Shown here: positions 1-11,297 of the stretch, one piece after another
How positions within the stretch are numbered: the stretch's first letter is position 1
Layout: the number at the start of each line of letters is the position of its first letter
From: Polymyxa betae A26-41
Lineage: Eukaryota > Protista > Endomyxa: Phytomyxea
Direction of reading: 5' to 3'
Assembly (NCBI GenBank): GCA_003693705.1
Contig: RBZT01000546.1
Span: 186,001 to 250,000 of the forward strand
DNA length: 64,000 nt
Program-made: the position numbers and the translations under genes
The notes under the pieces: model-generated
Database searches by the model: none
What the model was told of the DNA's origin: nothing
Seen by the model: the letters and a program-made list of their open reading frames with translations, nothing else

Positions 1-10
1 TGTCGTCGTT

Positions 11-1658
11 ATGAATCCAGCCAGAGCTACACACAAGAAGCCGAGACCGGGGACCATTCGTTCAGTACAGCGAGAGCGCCCGCTGCTTCCCTTTGCCAAA
101 GTATTCCTCTATCTGCTTGTCCGGATCCAGTCTGATGTGCCTGTAGTCTGCTGATGCGACCAGGTCGCCAAATCAGGAGTCAGTCAAGTATGCAGGGATT
201 GGCAGTGGCAACGAGCTGTCCTCCCAGCACTTCGATTCGAATTGTATCTGGGAGGAAAAAATTGACACCATTAGGGCCGATGAATGCGGACAGATTGAAT
301 CGGCTCCTGAAGCTCAGGACCAAAGAAAGATTTCGCGCTTGCAGCGGCTTCTGGATGATCTGGATGTTGATATAGGAACAGTTAGAGAATTATGCTGGAC
401 TGGAATACCTTCAGAACTTCGAGCAACTTTATGGCTCATGCTGATGGTAGAACTCGTTGAATTCGCTGCTAGAGCGATTTTGTTCGTTCTGACATTTTGA
501 TATGTTCAATTTTTTAGCAGGTTGCTTCTTTGTGAGATAGCTTTCGAACCGATAGCGTCATTTTAGGGTATTGTTCCAACTAATCGATCAAGACGGCAGA
601 TGGCCTTGAACAGAAGAGTTCAGGAGTATCAAAGCTTTGCAAGACAACATTTTTCAGATACAGGCCTGTTCACTTCCGAACAGATGAAATCAGTGACCCA
701 AATCGATCTTGATTTACCTAGGACTTCTCCTGGATTAAGGTTGTTTCGGTTGCCCTCCGTCCACGCTGTAGGTAAACGCATATCGTAACCTCAACTCGAT
801 TTTTATTATTAGCTAGTCGTTGAGAAGAGTTCTATGTATATATTCTTTTCGTCATCCAGCTACCGGATATGTTCAAGGCATGAACGACCTTGTTACGCCA
901 TTCTTCTATGTTTTTATCGGAGATATAATTGGTCCAGAGAAAGTAACTGATCCTAGAATTTGCTTTGCTCTTACATTTTAATCGGCGGATTTAGGACCCA
1001 TTACTGATTGAGGCTTCTGATTTAAGTTCTGATCAGTGGGTTCAAGTAGAGGCATTTAGTTTTTGGTGCTTAAGTCGATTAATGGAAGGAACGCAAGACC
1101 ATTATACACGAGATCAGCCTGCAATTCAGTGGAAACTACAGGCTTTGAAGTCGTTAATGTCCCAAATCGACAGTAAGTTTCTTTTTTTTGCGTTGGCTTG
1201 ATTCATTATTCCTCCACAGTTGAACTTGACAACCATTTAGCTTCGCAAGAAATCTTGTACAGTTTCTTCGCTTATCGGTGGATGAATTGCGTCAGTGACA
1301 TTGTTCGGGCTTGCTAAAGTTAATTTACGCCTGCACAGTTTCTGATGAGAGAATTATCTCTGCGTCTTATTGTTCGACTGTGGGACACATACTTCTCTGA
1401 AGATAACGATCAAGGGTTTAGTGTTTTCCACGTCTATGCCTGCGCTGCCTTTCTATCGCGCTTCTCCGGTACTTTGAAGGTGTTGGGGTCCACAGTCATA
1501 GCGGCCATGTTTCTAATATTTTTTGCTAGACGATGGATATGGAAAGCATTCTTAGCTATTTACAAAGCGATCTGACATCCAAATGGACAGAAAGAGACCT
1601 AACTGCAATGCTGTCGCACGCCTTTGTGCTTAGATCAACGTATAAGTTGCAGGTTTAG
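11..1658 (+). CDS. GYP1: TBC-domain Rab GTPase-activating protein, Gyp1/TBC1D22 family (multi-exon; 5' end may lie outside the window)
   Basis: Spliced translation gives RELCWTGIPSELRATLWLMLM-GIVP, QIDLDLPRT (IxxDxxR finger), RHPATGYVQGMNDLVTPF (YxQ finger), FFAYRWMNC and MRELSLRLIVRLWDTY. Stop TAG at 1656-1658. Confidence 0.9.
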
Positions 1659-1959
1659 CCTGTTTTTCATCTTGTCAATCATATTGACTAAAGAGTCGAT
1701 AAAACTAAAACTGGCGAGCAGCGATATCATCATTATGCCGGTGTTGTACACATAGAATAATGCAGTTGTTGGAAAAGATTGCGTATTCTGTATGTTAGGA
1801 TGAAGACGGACGTCAGGAGGACAGGCCAGTACCGTAGATCTGGGCGTTCTCGAGGTAGCATCCTGGTGATGTCGGTACTTGGGTCCACCATACCGAAAGA
1901 TATGTGCAGTGGTGAGTACCTGTCTGTCTGCCATGCATCTTCCCGCTTATTAAAACCAG

Positions 1960-2916
1960 TCGGTGTTGTGAAGATACAGAGCGGAAGCGTCAGAGGCACA
2001 TGGTCCAGTTTGAATCACTGATTGGACCATGTCAGACACTTGGTCGTTTTAGACATTATCATGTATCTACAGATATGTTCAGGTTTCTGAGTGGTAATAT
2101 GGTGTATACTGAGCTAATGAGAGCCCAGATCGAACCTAGACACCTGGCCCACTGGAATACCAGAACCTTCATCATTATTCCCATTATCCGAACCTGCTCA
2201 GGACATCACTGAATGTATGGCCCTGAAACGTCATAAAGCATTTGTTGAAGATTGCATTCTGGCGACATTGCGTGATCAATTCACTTCGGAAATGAGTGTG
2301 GATTCTGATGTATCTGAGGATGTTATGTCATCAATTGAGGAACCAGTAGTCAATGATCAACATCGACCTTCACAAAGTACAAGCGATATCGACAAATTGT
2401 ATCGATCTATATGTGAATCAGATTTTAAGACGAAATGTAAGATTCCTGTAGAGGTGCTAAAGGCCCTAGAGCAGGCATTAAGTCAGGCGTCACCATCAGC
2501 ACGTATTAACTGGACTAAGACGTTATCATGTTTATTGCACATGTTTCTTAGTGATGGATCTCAATGGAGATCATGGGCAGATATGTCTAGCAGACTTGAT
2601 GATAATGAATGGATCAACTCTGCAGACAAATATAAGATCCCAGTTCTATTACACGATAGATTCGTTCAGTTCAGAGATCAATATGGTAATAATTTAACAC
2701 CTTATTTATTTACAAAGCTCAGTCAACACCTCATTTTTACTTCTATTCACTTTTCTTTTGAGTTTTCTGTCTTTGGGAGGAAATTTTTAATTTGTTTCAG
2801 GTATGCAACACTCAAATCGGGTGATGTTACCAGCTATATTATGGGCTTTGAATGTTGGATGTGAAGTTATTGGATTACCACCCAGATCTAAACGCTCATC
2901 TACCAATAAAAGATGA
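1960..2916 (+). CDS. Hypothetical protein (multi-exon; start uncertain, probably 1740-1960)
   Basis: ORF 2000-2212 joins ORF 2217-2864 in frame through a GT-AG intron at ~2083-2128. A second intron at ~2722-2800 leads to a last exon ending TGA at 2914-2916. No recognisable family. Confidence 0.5.
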
Positions 2917-2932
2917 TCTTCATCAGAAAATC

Positions 2933-4183
2933 TCAATCAGATTCCGACCAATTCGATTTCCTTGCGGGCCCCTTATCTCGTGGCCATTGTACGACCTTCT
3001 CAGATCTAGCCTTCATACGATGTAGTAAACGCCAACGTCGTTCCCGACGTTGATCAATAGACCAGGATGATGATAGGTCACTGTGGGATTGGAAATCATT
3101 ATTCTGATCATTGAAGTTGGGGTTCATATCCCGATCATCACTATCACCATCACTAGATTGCATTCGACCAATCAGAGCCTCAATCCGCTTCCGACCAGCC
3201 ACAATTGCATTCAGACGTTTTTCAGCCTGTTGTGCGGCATCCGCGGTCACGGTGCGGTTCAGCACGACCGAGGCCGATCTCGGTGGCATCATGACGGGTG
3301 GTCTCTGAGCGACTAGTTCAGGCATTGATTGAGCTCTAGGACGTGATTCTGCAATATCTGATAATGAATCAGATGATGGTTGTGCATCAATTAATAATGT
3401 AACAGGACGTCGTGTCACGGGCTCTATCAATCCTGTCGATGGCGCCGACCGAGTCCGAGTACGATCAGCACTGGACCAGCGCGGCAACATCCTTGGTACT
3501 GATTGAAACTTATTCTTGACCCAGGCCCGTACTCGTGTCCAGCCTGATGATGAGGACGATGGCGCTGACGGTCCGGGCTGTAATCTGCGGCCTGAGTGTT
3601 CGCCGGCTCGGGTTCGGAGCCGGGAATACAGGCCCGCCTCGGCCAGCGATTGACATCGACGGACTACATCGATCTGTTGAGCTCCCTCCATGCTGGTCGT
3701 ACACGACCAGGACATGGGCGATGATGCCGACCTGAGTCCGTCCTCGATCCGGGCCAGTACGTCGACGCAGGCATTGACGGACATGGTGGGCGACCACGAT
3801 GTCGCCACCGATGTCATGAACCGATTGAATTCGGGGCGATCCACATCGCGATCATACCGGCCCGCGATCGTGAGCAGATCGTGCAGGCCCAGACGTCGGG
3901 CCTGAGCTGGATCTATCTGGGCCCGGAATAGGATCCCGCACAGCTGCGCGTGCAGATGCAGAAAATCACCCGGAGACAGATGCGGATCATGATTAGTGGA
4001 GGATGGCGATGGGGCCGGCACGACTCGGGCCCAGATGCGATCAATACGGCGACGTATGGCGACATGCTGGCCCAGACTGACACGATCGAGATCGGGATCT
4101 GGTTTAACGGAACCTGTAGATATAGATCTCCATCCAGGTCCTGTATCTATAATACTCATTATTATATAATATTCATAATACAA
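2933..4183 (-). CDS. Hypothetical protein; N-terminal helical region resembling a degenerate EF-hand pair, low-complexity S/P/R-rich C-terminus
   Basis: 416-aa uninterrupted ORF. The LSPGDFLHLH...DVDRPEFNRFM spacing recalls EF-hand pairs but is weak. The true start is probably the Met of MSIIDTG (~4159). Confidence 0.55.
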   Translation of the reverse strand: MYYEYYIIMSIIDTGPGWRSISTGSVKPDPDLDRVSLGQHVAIRRRIDRIWARVVPAPSPSSTNHDPHLSPGDFLHLHAQLCGILFRAQIDPAQARRLGLHDLLTIAGRYDRDVDRPEFNRFMTSVATSWSPTMSVNACVDVLARIEDGLRSASSPMSWSCTTSMEGAQQIDVVRRCQSLAEAGLYSRLRTRAGEHSGRRLQPGPSAPSSSSSGWTRVRAWVKNKFQSVPRMLPRWSSADRTRTRSAPSTGLIEPVTRRPVTLLIDAQPSSDSLSDIAESRPRAQSMPELVAQRPPVMMPPRSASVVLNRTVTADAAQQAEKRLNAIVAGRKRIEALIGRMQSSDGDSDDRDMNPNFNDQNNDFQSHSDLSSSWSIDQRRERRWRLLHRMKARSEKVVQWPRDKGPARKSNWSESD

Positions 4184-4363
4184 TCATGTACACACAGATC
4201 GAGCTCTTCATACATTCAATATCCTATATCTATAATATCATACTCCATCTCCATCCTCTAACACCATTCACATCCAATACCTTCAATACCATCTGTCAAT
4301 ATAATCCCCTTCTTACTCATGTATGATTTTATTGCCTAAATAGTCACTGACTGAATCCTATCT

Positions 4364-5758
4364 CTACCGAGCTGGGTCCGTCTTCCAGTAAGATTGAAGA
4401 TCGTGAGCAAGATTTAGGGTTTTAGGGTCTGTGCTGACTGTCTCGCCATCTGGTCGTTTCTGCAGCAGATCCTGGACCAGACTGGTCAGTTTCACATTCA
4501 ACATCCGTTGATCACGGAGACGCTCAGCCCCATCCCGGACCAGGTCGTACTGATCCGTCACGGTTCGCTCCACGATCTGCATCTGTGCCTGAAGAGCAGC
4601 GATGGCGTCGTTGGCGGCCCATCCAGCGGACTCGGACACGAACTCTGCAGTTTGTATGGCCGTATGTAGATGTTGTAATGATGTGTTGATTAAATGTAGA
4701 TCGAGATTATGATTTGATATTGGTGATTGATCAATACATAATTGATCAATATTAATAAGAGATGTAGTATGTGATGGTGATATAATATCATATAATGGAT
4801 GATGATGATACGGTTCTAGTTCAGACACGATATCATGGACAGCACTCAGCTCATTCTGTAACGCAATCACTAGACAATGTAACGTATGACTGGAACATTG
4901 CTGTAACGAACGTCGTCGTAGCAGAACCGACTGCTGGAATCGACGTTCCCGTAGCTGTAATTGTGCATTCTGTTGACGTAGACGATGGAATTCATTGATG
5001 AGGGCGTCTAATGATCGAAATTCCTTTAAACATTCTGATAATGGTTGATCATATGATATCTGACATAAACGACGTCGTAGAACATATAACAGATCATCTT
5101 GACGTTGAAATCTCAGAGCGATCAGACGCGGGACTGAACCAAGACCATGCAGGTGGGCCGGTACGGCCAGCGACCGACCTGGATCGAGACGTAATAGTTC
5201 GGCCTCTAGCGTATCGATCGTCTGCTGCAATTGCTCCGGGGTCGTCCACGACGATAGGTCTGGGATCAAAAACCCTAAAACCCTTGTGGAAACCCTAAAA
5301 CCCTAACACGTACCCAATGACTCCAGCTGTCGTTGCTGTCGATCGTGCTCCACGACGCTCTGTTCCGATTGGCGTCGACACGCCACCAGCTGATCGTACA
5401 GGTCGGCGCATCGCCCGACCAGGACCCGGTGCGTGTCGTGCACGCCCTGCACCAGCGGCCCCAGGCCGTACTGCTCCTCGAGCCATTCGGGATCATCAGC
5501 GATGAGATCGTTGATAGCCTGACGTAATTGATTGAATAGATCCGTATATATTTGTATATGATGTTGGAGATCATCTGGAAGCACATTGATGTTATCTGCA
5601 TCTGGTCGGACTAGATCTGTAACGTGACGTAACGTGGCAGGTTGCGGTTTCGAGACAGGTGGTGCTGAATGTAATCTATGTGCACTGATTATAGGTGATG
5701 ATATTACTGCATAATTTGATAGAGCTGAACGACCTCGTCTATCAGCTAAACTCACCAT
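4364..5758 (-). CDS. Coiled-coil hypothetical protein (2 coding exons)
   Basis: ORFs 5303-5797 and 4364-5269 join in frame through a 39-nt phase-1 intron at 5313-5275. Sequence is L/Q/E/R heptad-rich. Probable ATG is MVSLAD at 5758. Confidence 0.65.
4413..4427 (+). repeat. Short telomere-like patch TTTAGGGTTTTAGGG inside coding sequence
   Basis: Directly visible, and in opposite orientation to the 5269-5306 patch. Confidence 0.5.
5269..5306 (-). repeat. Interstitial telomere-like (TTTTAGGG)n patch forming most of an intron
   Basis: Minus strand reads TTAGGG-TTTTAGGG-TTTCCACAAGGG-TTTTAGGG-TTTT. Confidence 0.75.
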
Positions 5759-6434
5759 ATTAAACCTATCACAATCATAGAACAGAGGAACGATCACGGA
5801 TCTCGTACCGTATTGTCACACTACCTGGCCAGTTATCGCAACGTCGTACTCGCCCCCAATGTACTACTATATCATGATGCTGGCCTTGTTAGGATGGGTG
5901 GCGCCTGCTGGCCCCTTTCACCTGATTTACGGGTGAATTACTGTAATGCCCTGAAATCGGTAGAATCTATTTGGGCAATGGGCCGAATTTATCCAGCCAA
6001 AGAGCGCCGCCTGTTGACCAGAAATCAGCGAATTAGTCGAATTCAATCCAATGCAATCCTTTCATCTGATTTCTGTGATTGCAGCGATATGTCTCTCTGT
6101 ACACGTATCATGTGATATTCCATACTGAGTTGTGTCTATCTATTAATGAATATATTCGTATGAGAGTTACATGATATCAATATGAATGTTATCTATATTA
6201 TCATCATATTAATACATAACCATGTTCTAAATATTACAATTTATTGATAAGATTTAGTAGTGGGCCACTACCTCCCTCTCCTCTATATATATATTGCTGC
6301 ATACTATAATATAGGTACGTTCATGGGATCGATTTCATCCTACTCTCTATCATATATAGAGACCATATAGCATACAGATCCGAGTTCGTGCTGGCTCTCG
6401 CCTCCATTCCCATCGATCGGATCTATATCTGCAA

Positions 6435-8096
6435 ATGGCTGATCATATAGATGCGCATGTATTACGTAAATATCAGACTATAGAGAAGATTGGCAAAGGA
6501 GTGAGTATCGGTCTGTCTATGTATGTATAGCCGCAGGTCGTACTGATCCCCCGATCCTGGAACTATTATAGGCCTATGGAATAGTATGGAAAGCACTCGA
6601 TAGACGTAATCGGAAACCGTTGGCCGTTAAGAAGATCTTTGATGCATTCCGTAATGGTACAGACGCTCAACGGACGTTCCGTGAGATTATGTATTTACAG
6701 GAATTCGGTAAGTTGTGTGTTCAGATAGGACCGGAGACCGTAACTGACCCCGATTGGTGTTTGGGGGCGCAGATCACCCGAATATCGTCCGTCTTGTGGA
6801 TGTTATGAAAGCAGATAATGATCTAGATATCTATCTGGTCTTTGAATATGTTGAACTTGATCTACATGCAGTTATTAAGGCGAATATATTAGAGGAAGTT
6901 CATAAGAAATATATTCTCTATCAGACACTCAAGGTCCGGGACCCAACCCCATATCCACCCCATCCCCGTCCGTTGCTGACCCCCTTCGCCCCCATCTGTA
7001 CAGGCCCTCAAGTATCTGCATTCCGGACAGCTGTTACATCGTGATATGAAGCCCAGTAACGTACTGATCAACTCCGAATGTCACGTCAAGGTCTGCGACT
7101 TCGGGCTGGCCAGGTCCGTGGCCGCCCTGCACGACCCCAACCGTACTGGACCCAGTTGACCACGTGCCCTATCGGCCCCTGCCCTGACTCTCGTCTGTTG
7201 CAGATAACGCCGTCCTCACCGAATATGTAGCGACCCGATGGTATCGTGCTCCGGAGATTCTACTCGGATCCAACTAGTGAGTGGCCCCGCTACCCCCTCG
7301 CCCGTACTCGCCCCTGGGGCATATGCTGACCATGTGTGTGTTTGTGTGTATAGTTATACGAAGGGTGTAGATATGTGGTCTATTGGATGTATATTAGGAG
7401 AGATGCTATTAGGGAAATCGTTATTTCCAGGCACATCTACAATGAATCAATTAGAACGTATTATACAAGTTATAGGAAGACCAACACAAAATGATCTTAA
7501 TGCTATTGGATCCGAATTTGCACTCACAATGTTAGAGACATTGAATATACCAGAACCTAAAATGTACCATCATTCATTAGCCATGGGATATACCCCCTGC
7601 ATATACTGATCTCATGTGGTCGTACAGGTCCTGGACGGATTTGTTCCCGGGATGCAATCCATTGGCTCTGGATCTAATAGATCGTCTATTACAATTTAAT
7701 CCCGATAAACGTCTATCAGCACGTCAAGCGTTAATGCATCCATATCTTGCTGAATTTCAGGGATCTGAAGATGAATCAACATTGGATCGCGTTATCAAGA
7801 TCAAGATCGATGATGATAAGAAGTCAGTTGCGGCCTTGCCGTCCGGGGGCCAGTACTCCCCCCCTCCCCCGGTCTCCGCAGTTGACGTTGCTAACATGCC
7901 GTTACACAGATATACGGTGTCGGATTATCGTGGGTCATTATACGACGCGATTCGTGCACGAAAGAAGCAGTTGAGTGCGGCTGTTAAACGCAGCACACCA
8001 TCAACGAAACGTCGTCCAGCATCACGGACATCGACGAGATCCTCCACCATGACCTCATCGTCATCAACTGCTAAAATCCGATCCACAGCCAAATAA
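6435..8096 (+). CDS. MAPK15: Mitogen-activated protein kinase, ERK7/8 (MAPK15) subfamily, 8 exons
   Basis: [13 protein letters not shown]...[40 protein letters not shown] (ERK7 signature), [14 protein letters not shown], activation loop [29 protein letters not shown]. Confidence 0.95.
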
Positions 8097-8120
8097 ACAA
8101 CTGTAATCGAACACATTATA

Positions 8121-8663
8121 TTAGTATGGACGTCCGCATGCCCGAACACCGTGCACGGCCACAATGTCGTCGTACGCGCCCGCGATCCGAATCTTGAGAT
8201 AACGTGCGGCAGCCTGAACCTCCTTCTGATACTGCTGCAGTTCACCATCGTGATTATCATCCAGATCTGTATGCGCAATATCAGTACCACGACAGGGCAG
8301 GGCCGGTATTCCCAACCCCCCCGGGTCGTACGTACGTGTGTCATCAACAGCGATGAAGTGAACGGGTTGGGGTGTCTCACATCTCTCAATGATCAGATGT
8401 TTGATATGTCGTGATCTGAGATCTATTGATTCTATGAAGGATGGCTTTGTGAATGCCAATATGAGATCTTGAGGGTATAAACCTGTTGATATCCAGAACG
8501 TCTTCACATCACTGTTAGACACACAACCTCTTATTAGATGCATATTGCATATATAGAGATGCAGGCACAGTTACCCATCGATTATATGAGATGGAGGATG
8601 ACGATTCTCCATCGATGTAGCTACCAGAATCTCACCACCATTCTCACTCAGCGCCAGATCCAT
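8121..8663 (-). CDS. IFT25: Intraflagellar transport protein 25 (HSPB11), 3 exons
   Basis: MDLALSENGGEILVATSMENRHPPSHIIDG / TFWISTGLYPQDLIL / ARYLKIRIAGAYDDIVAVH matches the IFT25 motifs HPPxxIIDG, TFWxxTGxFPQE and RYLRFxIxxxYDxF. Confidence 0.9.
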
Positions 8664-8888
8664 CGATGATCTACAACCCGATCGTCAAGTCTCAGTGGCC
8701 GTCATACTGGACCCCAGCACCCATCACCTGATCATATCAACATGTCAACATTCCTGATACTTTTATATGGGTTTGATGGGTTTTCTAATCACAAAGAATT
8801 CCTACCGAAATGTATGATCATTGAATACTGATAGAACAACATTCTATGTTGATTATGAGATATATGAAGGACGAATTGGAAACATAAT

Positions 8889-10803
8889 TTATGCAGATTG
8901 TAATCTGGGTTGAACCCAACCAGCTCTAACATTATGATGACGAAGATAACCAATGATTTGGTTCATGACGGTCAACTGGACAGCTTTCCTTTCTTCAACA
9001 GTTTTACATTCCAGATCCAGACTTCGATCCCGCGTAATCAATGATAAACATAGACGTCCATCAACATCTTCTGCAGAACGTCGCTTTAATACGCTGGTTT
9101 GTTTACCGCTACGAACTTGTAGAATATGTTCGATTTGTAGCAATCGACGTCCATTCCCCCATCGAATGATACCAGCACCGAGATCAACGGTCAGGTAGAT
9201 ACGTCGCCGTCGTCCTCTTCGTCCATGTTTGATTAACGGATACTCAAACATATCAAGACGCGGTTCAGGTTGTGATGTTTCATGAATAGATTCCCCACCA
9301 AATCGTACATTACGTCCACTGATAGTTTTTTCCACTGATTTTCTATTTGAAGCTGGATCTGACTCAGTATCTGATGCAAAATTCAGAGACAAAGATCTCA
9401 GTGCTTCACTCAGGATAACATCATCTGGATCATGAACTGATTTCATTGGTTGCTCTATCACGATCGCATTCCGAACACTACTTCGACTTGAACGTCGCGA
9501 GAGACGTCCTGAACCCGAACAGCTTGATTCGCTGGTATCAGCTTCAGCTTGTAGACGGAATACTTCCGATAAATCTGCAACTGCTCGTTGTTGCTGAACA
9601 TCGACTACATCGCCTGGAATGTCATTGTCTGATATACCCAATGTACCGGTATCGCTGGATGCTAACGATGGAATTGATTCGAAGCCAGGGGCGGTTTCAG
9701 ACGGCAACCGGACAGCAACAGGAAATAGTTGATCCAGTTCACTTAGAGATTCCTCTCTTGAGACGTAGGATGCAATCGGAGCATTGATTTGTTGCAGTGC
9801 GAGATCGGGATCGGCGTATTCAGATGAAAAACTAAGAGATAATGATCGTAATGCTTCAACAAAAGCTGGACCATCGGAAGGCTCTGATTCCACATCATTC
9901 TGATCAATAGATTGGCTGGATCGTCTGGACTGCTCATCACCATCGACATCATTACAATCGTTAATTGCAGCTTCCTCATCAATCCGGAACACATCCGAAG
10001 TTGACCGACTTGCTTGTTGATCGAACTTCGCTGCCTTTGGGGACGAATGCTCGCTTGCAGATTCGGAATCAATGGGTCCCTCAGAATATGGCTGTTCAAA
10101 TTCATCAGCATCAGTAAGTTGTTGAACTTCATGATCAACAGGAGCGACTGAAGCAGCTTCAGCGCCTTCACCCAGCAATTTGTCAGCAGCGATAAGCTGA
10201 AGCTCTTCCGTATTCAAAGATTCCTCGCTTGAAGCTCGGGTAACAGTCGGAGCGTCTTCCCGCTCTGAAGAGATATCGTTCTGCTTGGAATGCACTCGGC
10301 TTGGACTCCATTTAGATTTCACAATTGGTTTCTTAGGCGTGTCTTTTTCTTTGTTACTTAGATGTTCGAATTTGCTACAAACTGCTGATATCGCTGGATG
10401 ACGAACAGGAAGTTTTGGTTGAAATAATAGTTGGCTTGCTGGGGAATGCCTAGCTTGTCTGTGTCGATCTGTATCTGAGTTATTACGACTAATTGTGCCA
10501 CGAACCGAAACAGGGACATCGATCATATCCCAAGTTCCATGGCGATGGTATTTCAATGGTTGGTTGGGTCCCGGCCCAGTCCTATTTGCACTCATACCGG
10601 CTTAAATAATTGACATCCTGCTTTGTGTGTATTCGGGACAAGAAATCATCTCGCGTTGACTCATCATATCGATGAATCATTTGGCGATTCGTTAAGAACA
10701 ATGGGATAGAGAATGTTAAAGGGACCATGAATTTACTTGAGGGAGGTCCCGCGACTGAAGCCGAGGCCGCACCCCTTTCATCTTGGCTAACCTCCCATCT
10801 CAT
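8889..10803 (-). CDS. Protein with long acidic/Ser-rich disordered region and C-terminal PLC-type PH domain (5' end uncertain)
   Basis: 568-aa ORF ending LIKHGRRG...IRWG...ILQVRSGKQTSVLKR...LCLSLITRDRSLDLEC, which is a PH-domain pattern. ORF 10582-10803 may be exon 1. Confidence 0.7.
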
Positions 10804-11297
10804 AACGCCTTGAACTCACGTTGTTTGCTTCGCAAAGTCTGCTTTGTCGACGGCGTTGTCTAAACTTAGTAGCTAGTAACTGTGTCTACTTAAAACTTCA
10901 ATCTTGTAGAGAGGCAGCGCTGTCTTAACTGACAGTGACAAACATACAGAGCCAGGACGACGATATTATTGAATCTGGATCACATCGCTCCATATATTTA
11001 ACCTGACATAGAAATTCGAACATCATTCCTGTCGGCGACTTACAAAAACTGGCCTAACATTTTTGCCGACGGAGTCACCCGCTGAACAAGTTACCAGAAC
11101 GTAACGAGATACAGTTATGAGTACTGTATGTGACATAATAACTGACTTAGTGCCTATCTGTTGGAGTTGGACCTTCCACCCTAAGGCAATATGATGGGGC
11201 AATGGGGTCGCTCTGCGAGGAACCCATCGTTCATCGATCATCGTCGTCTTTGACGCACTTTCTGGGTCCATTCTCTTTATCGGCTGCTTCCAGCAGC

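Noticed and set aside
5813-6115. 100-aa ORF in the divergent intergenic region
   Set aside because: TTG start, no motif, and it overlaps likely promoter/5' UTR sequence.
11193-11230. Small hairpin (ATGGGGTCGC...GCGAGGAACCCAT) upstream of THOC6
   Set aside because: Short and imperfect, with no ncRNA family motifs; compatible with chance.
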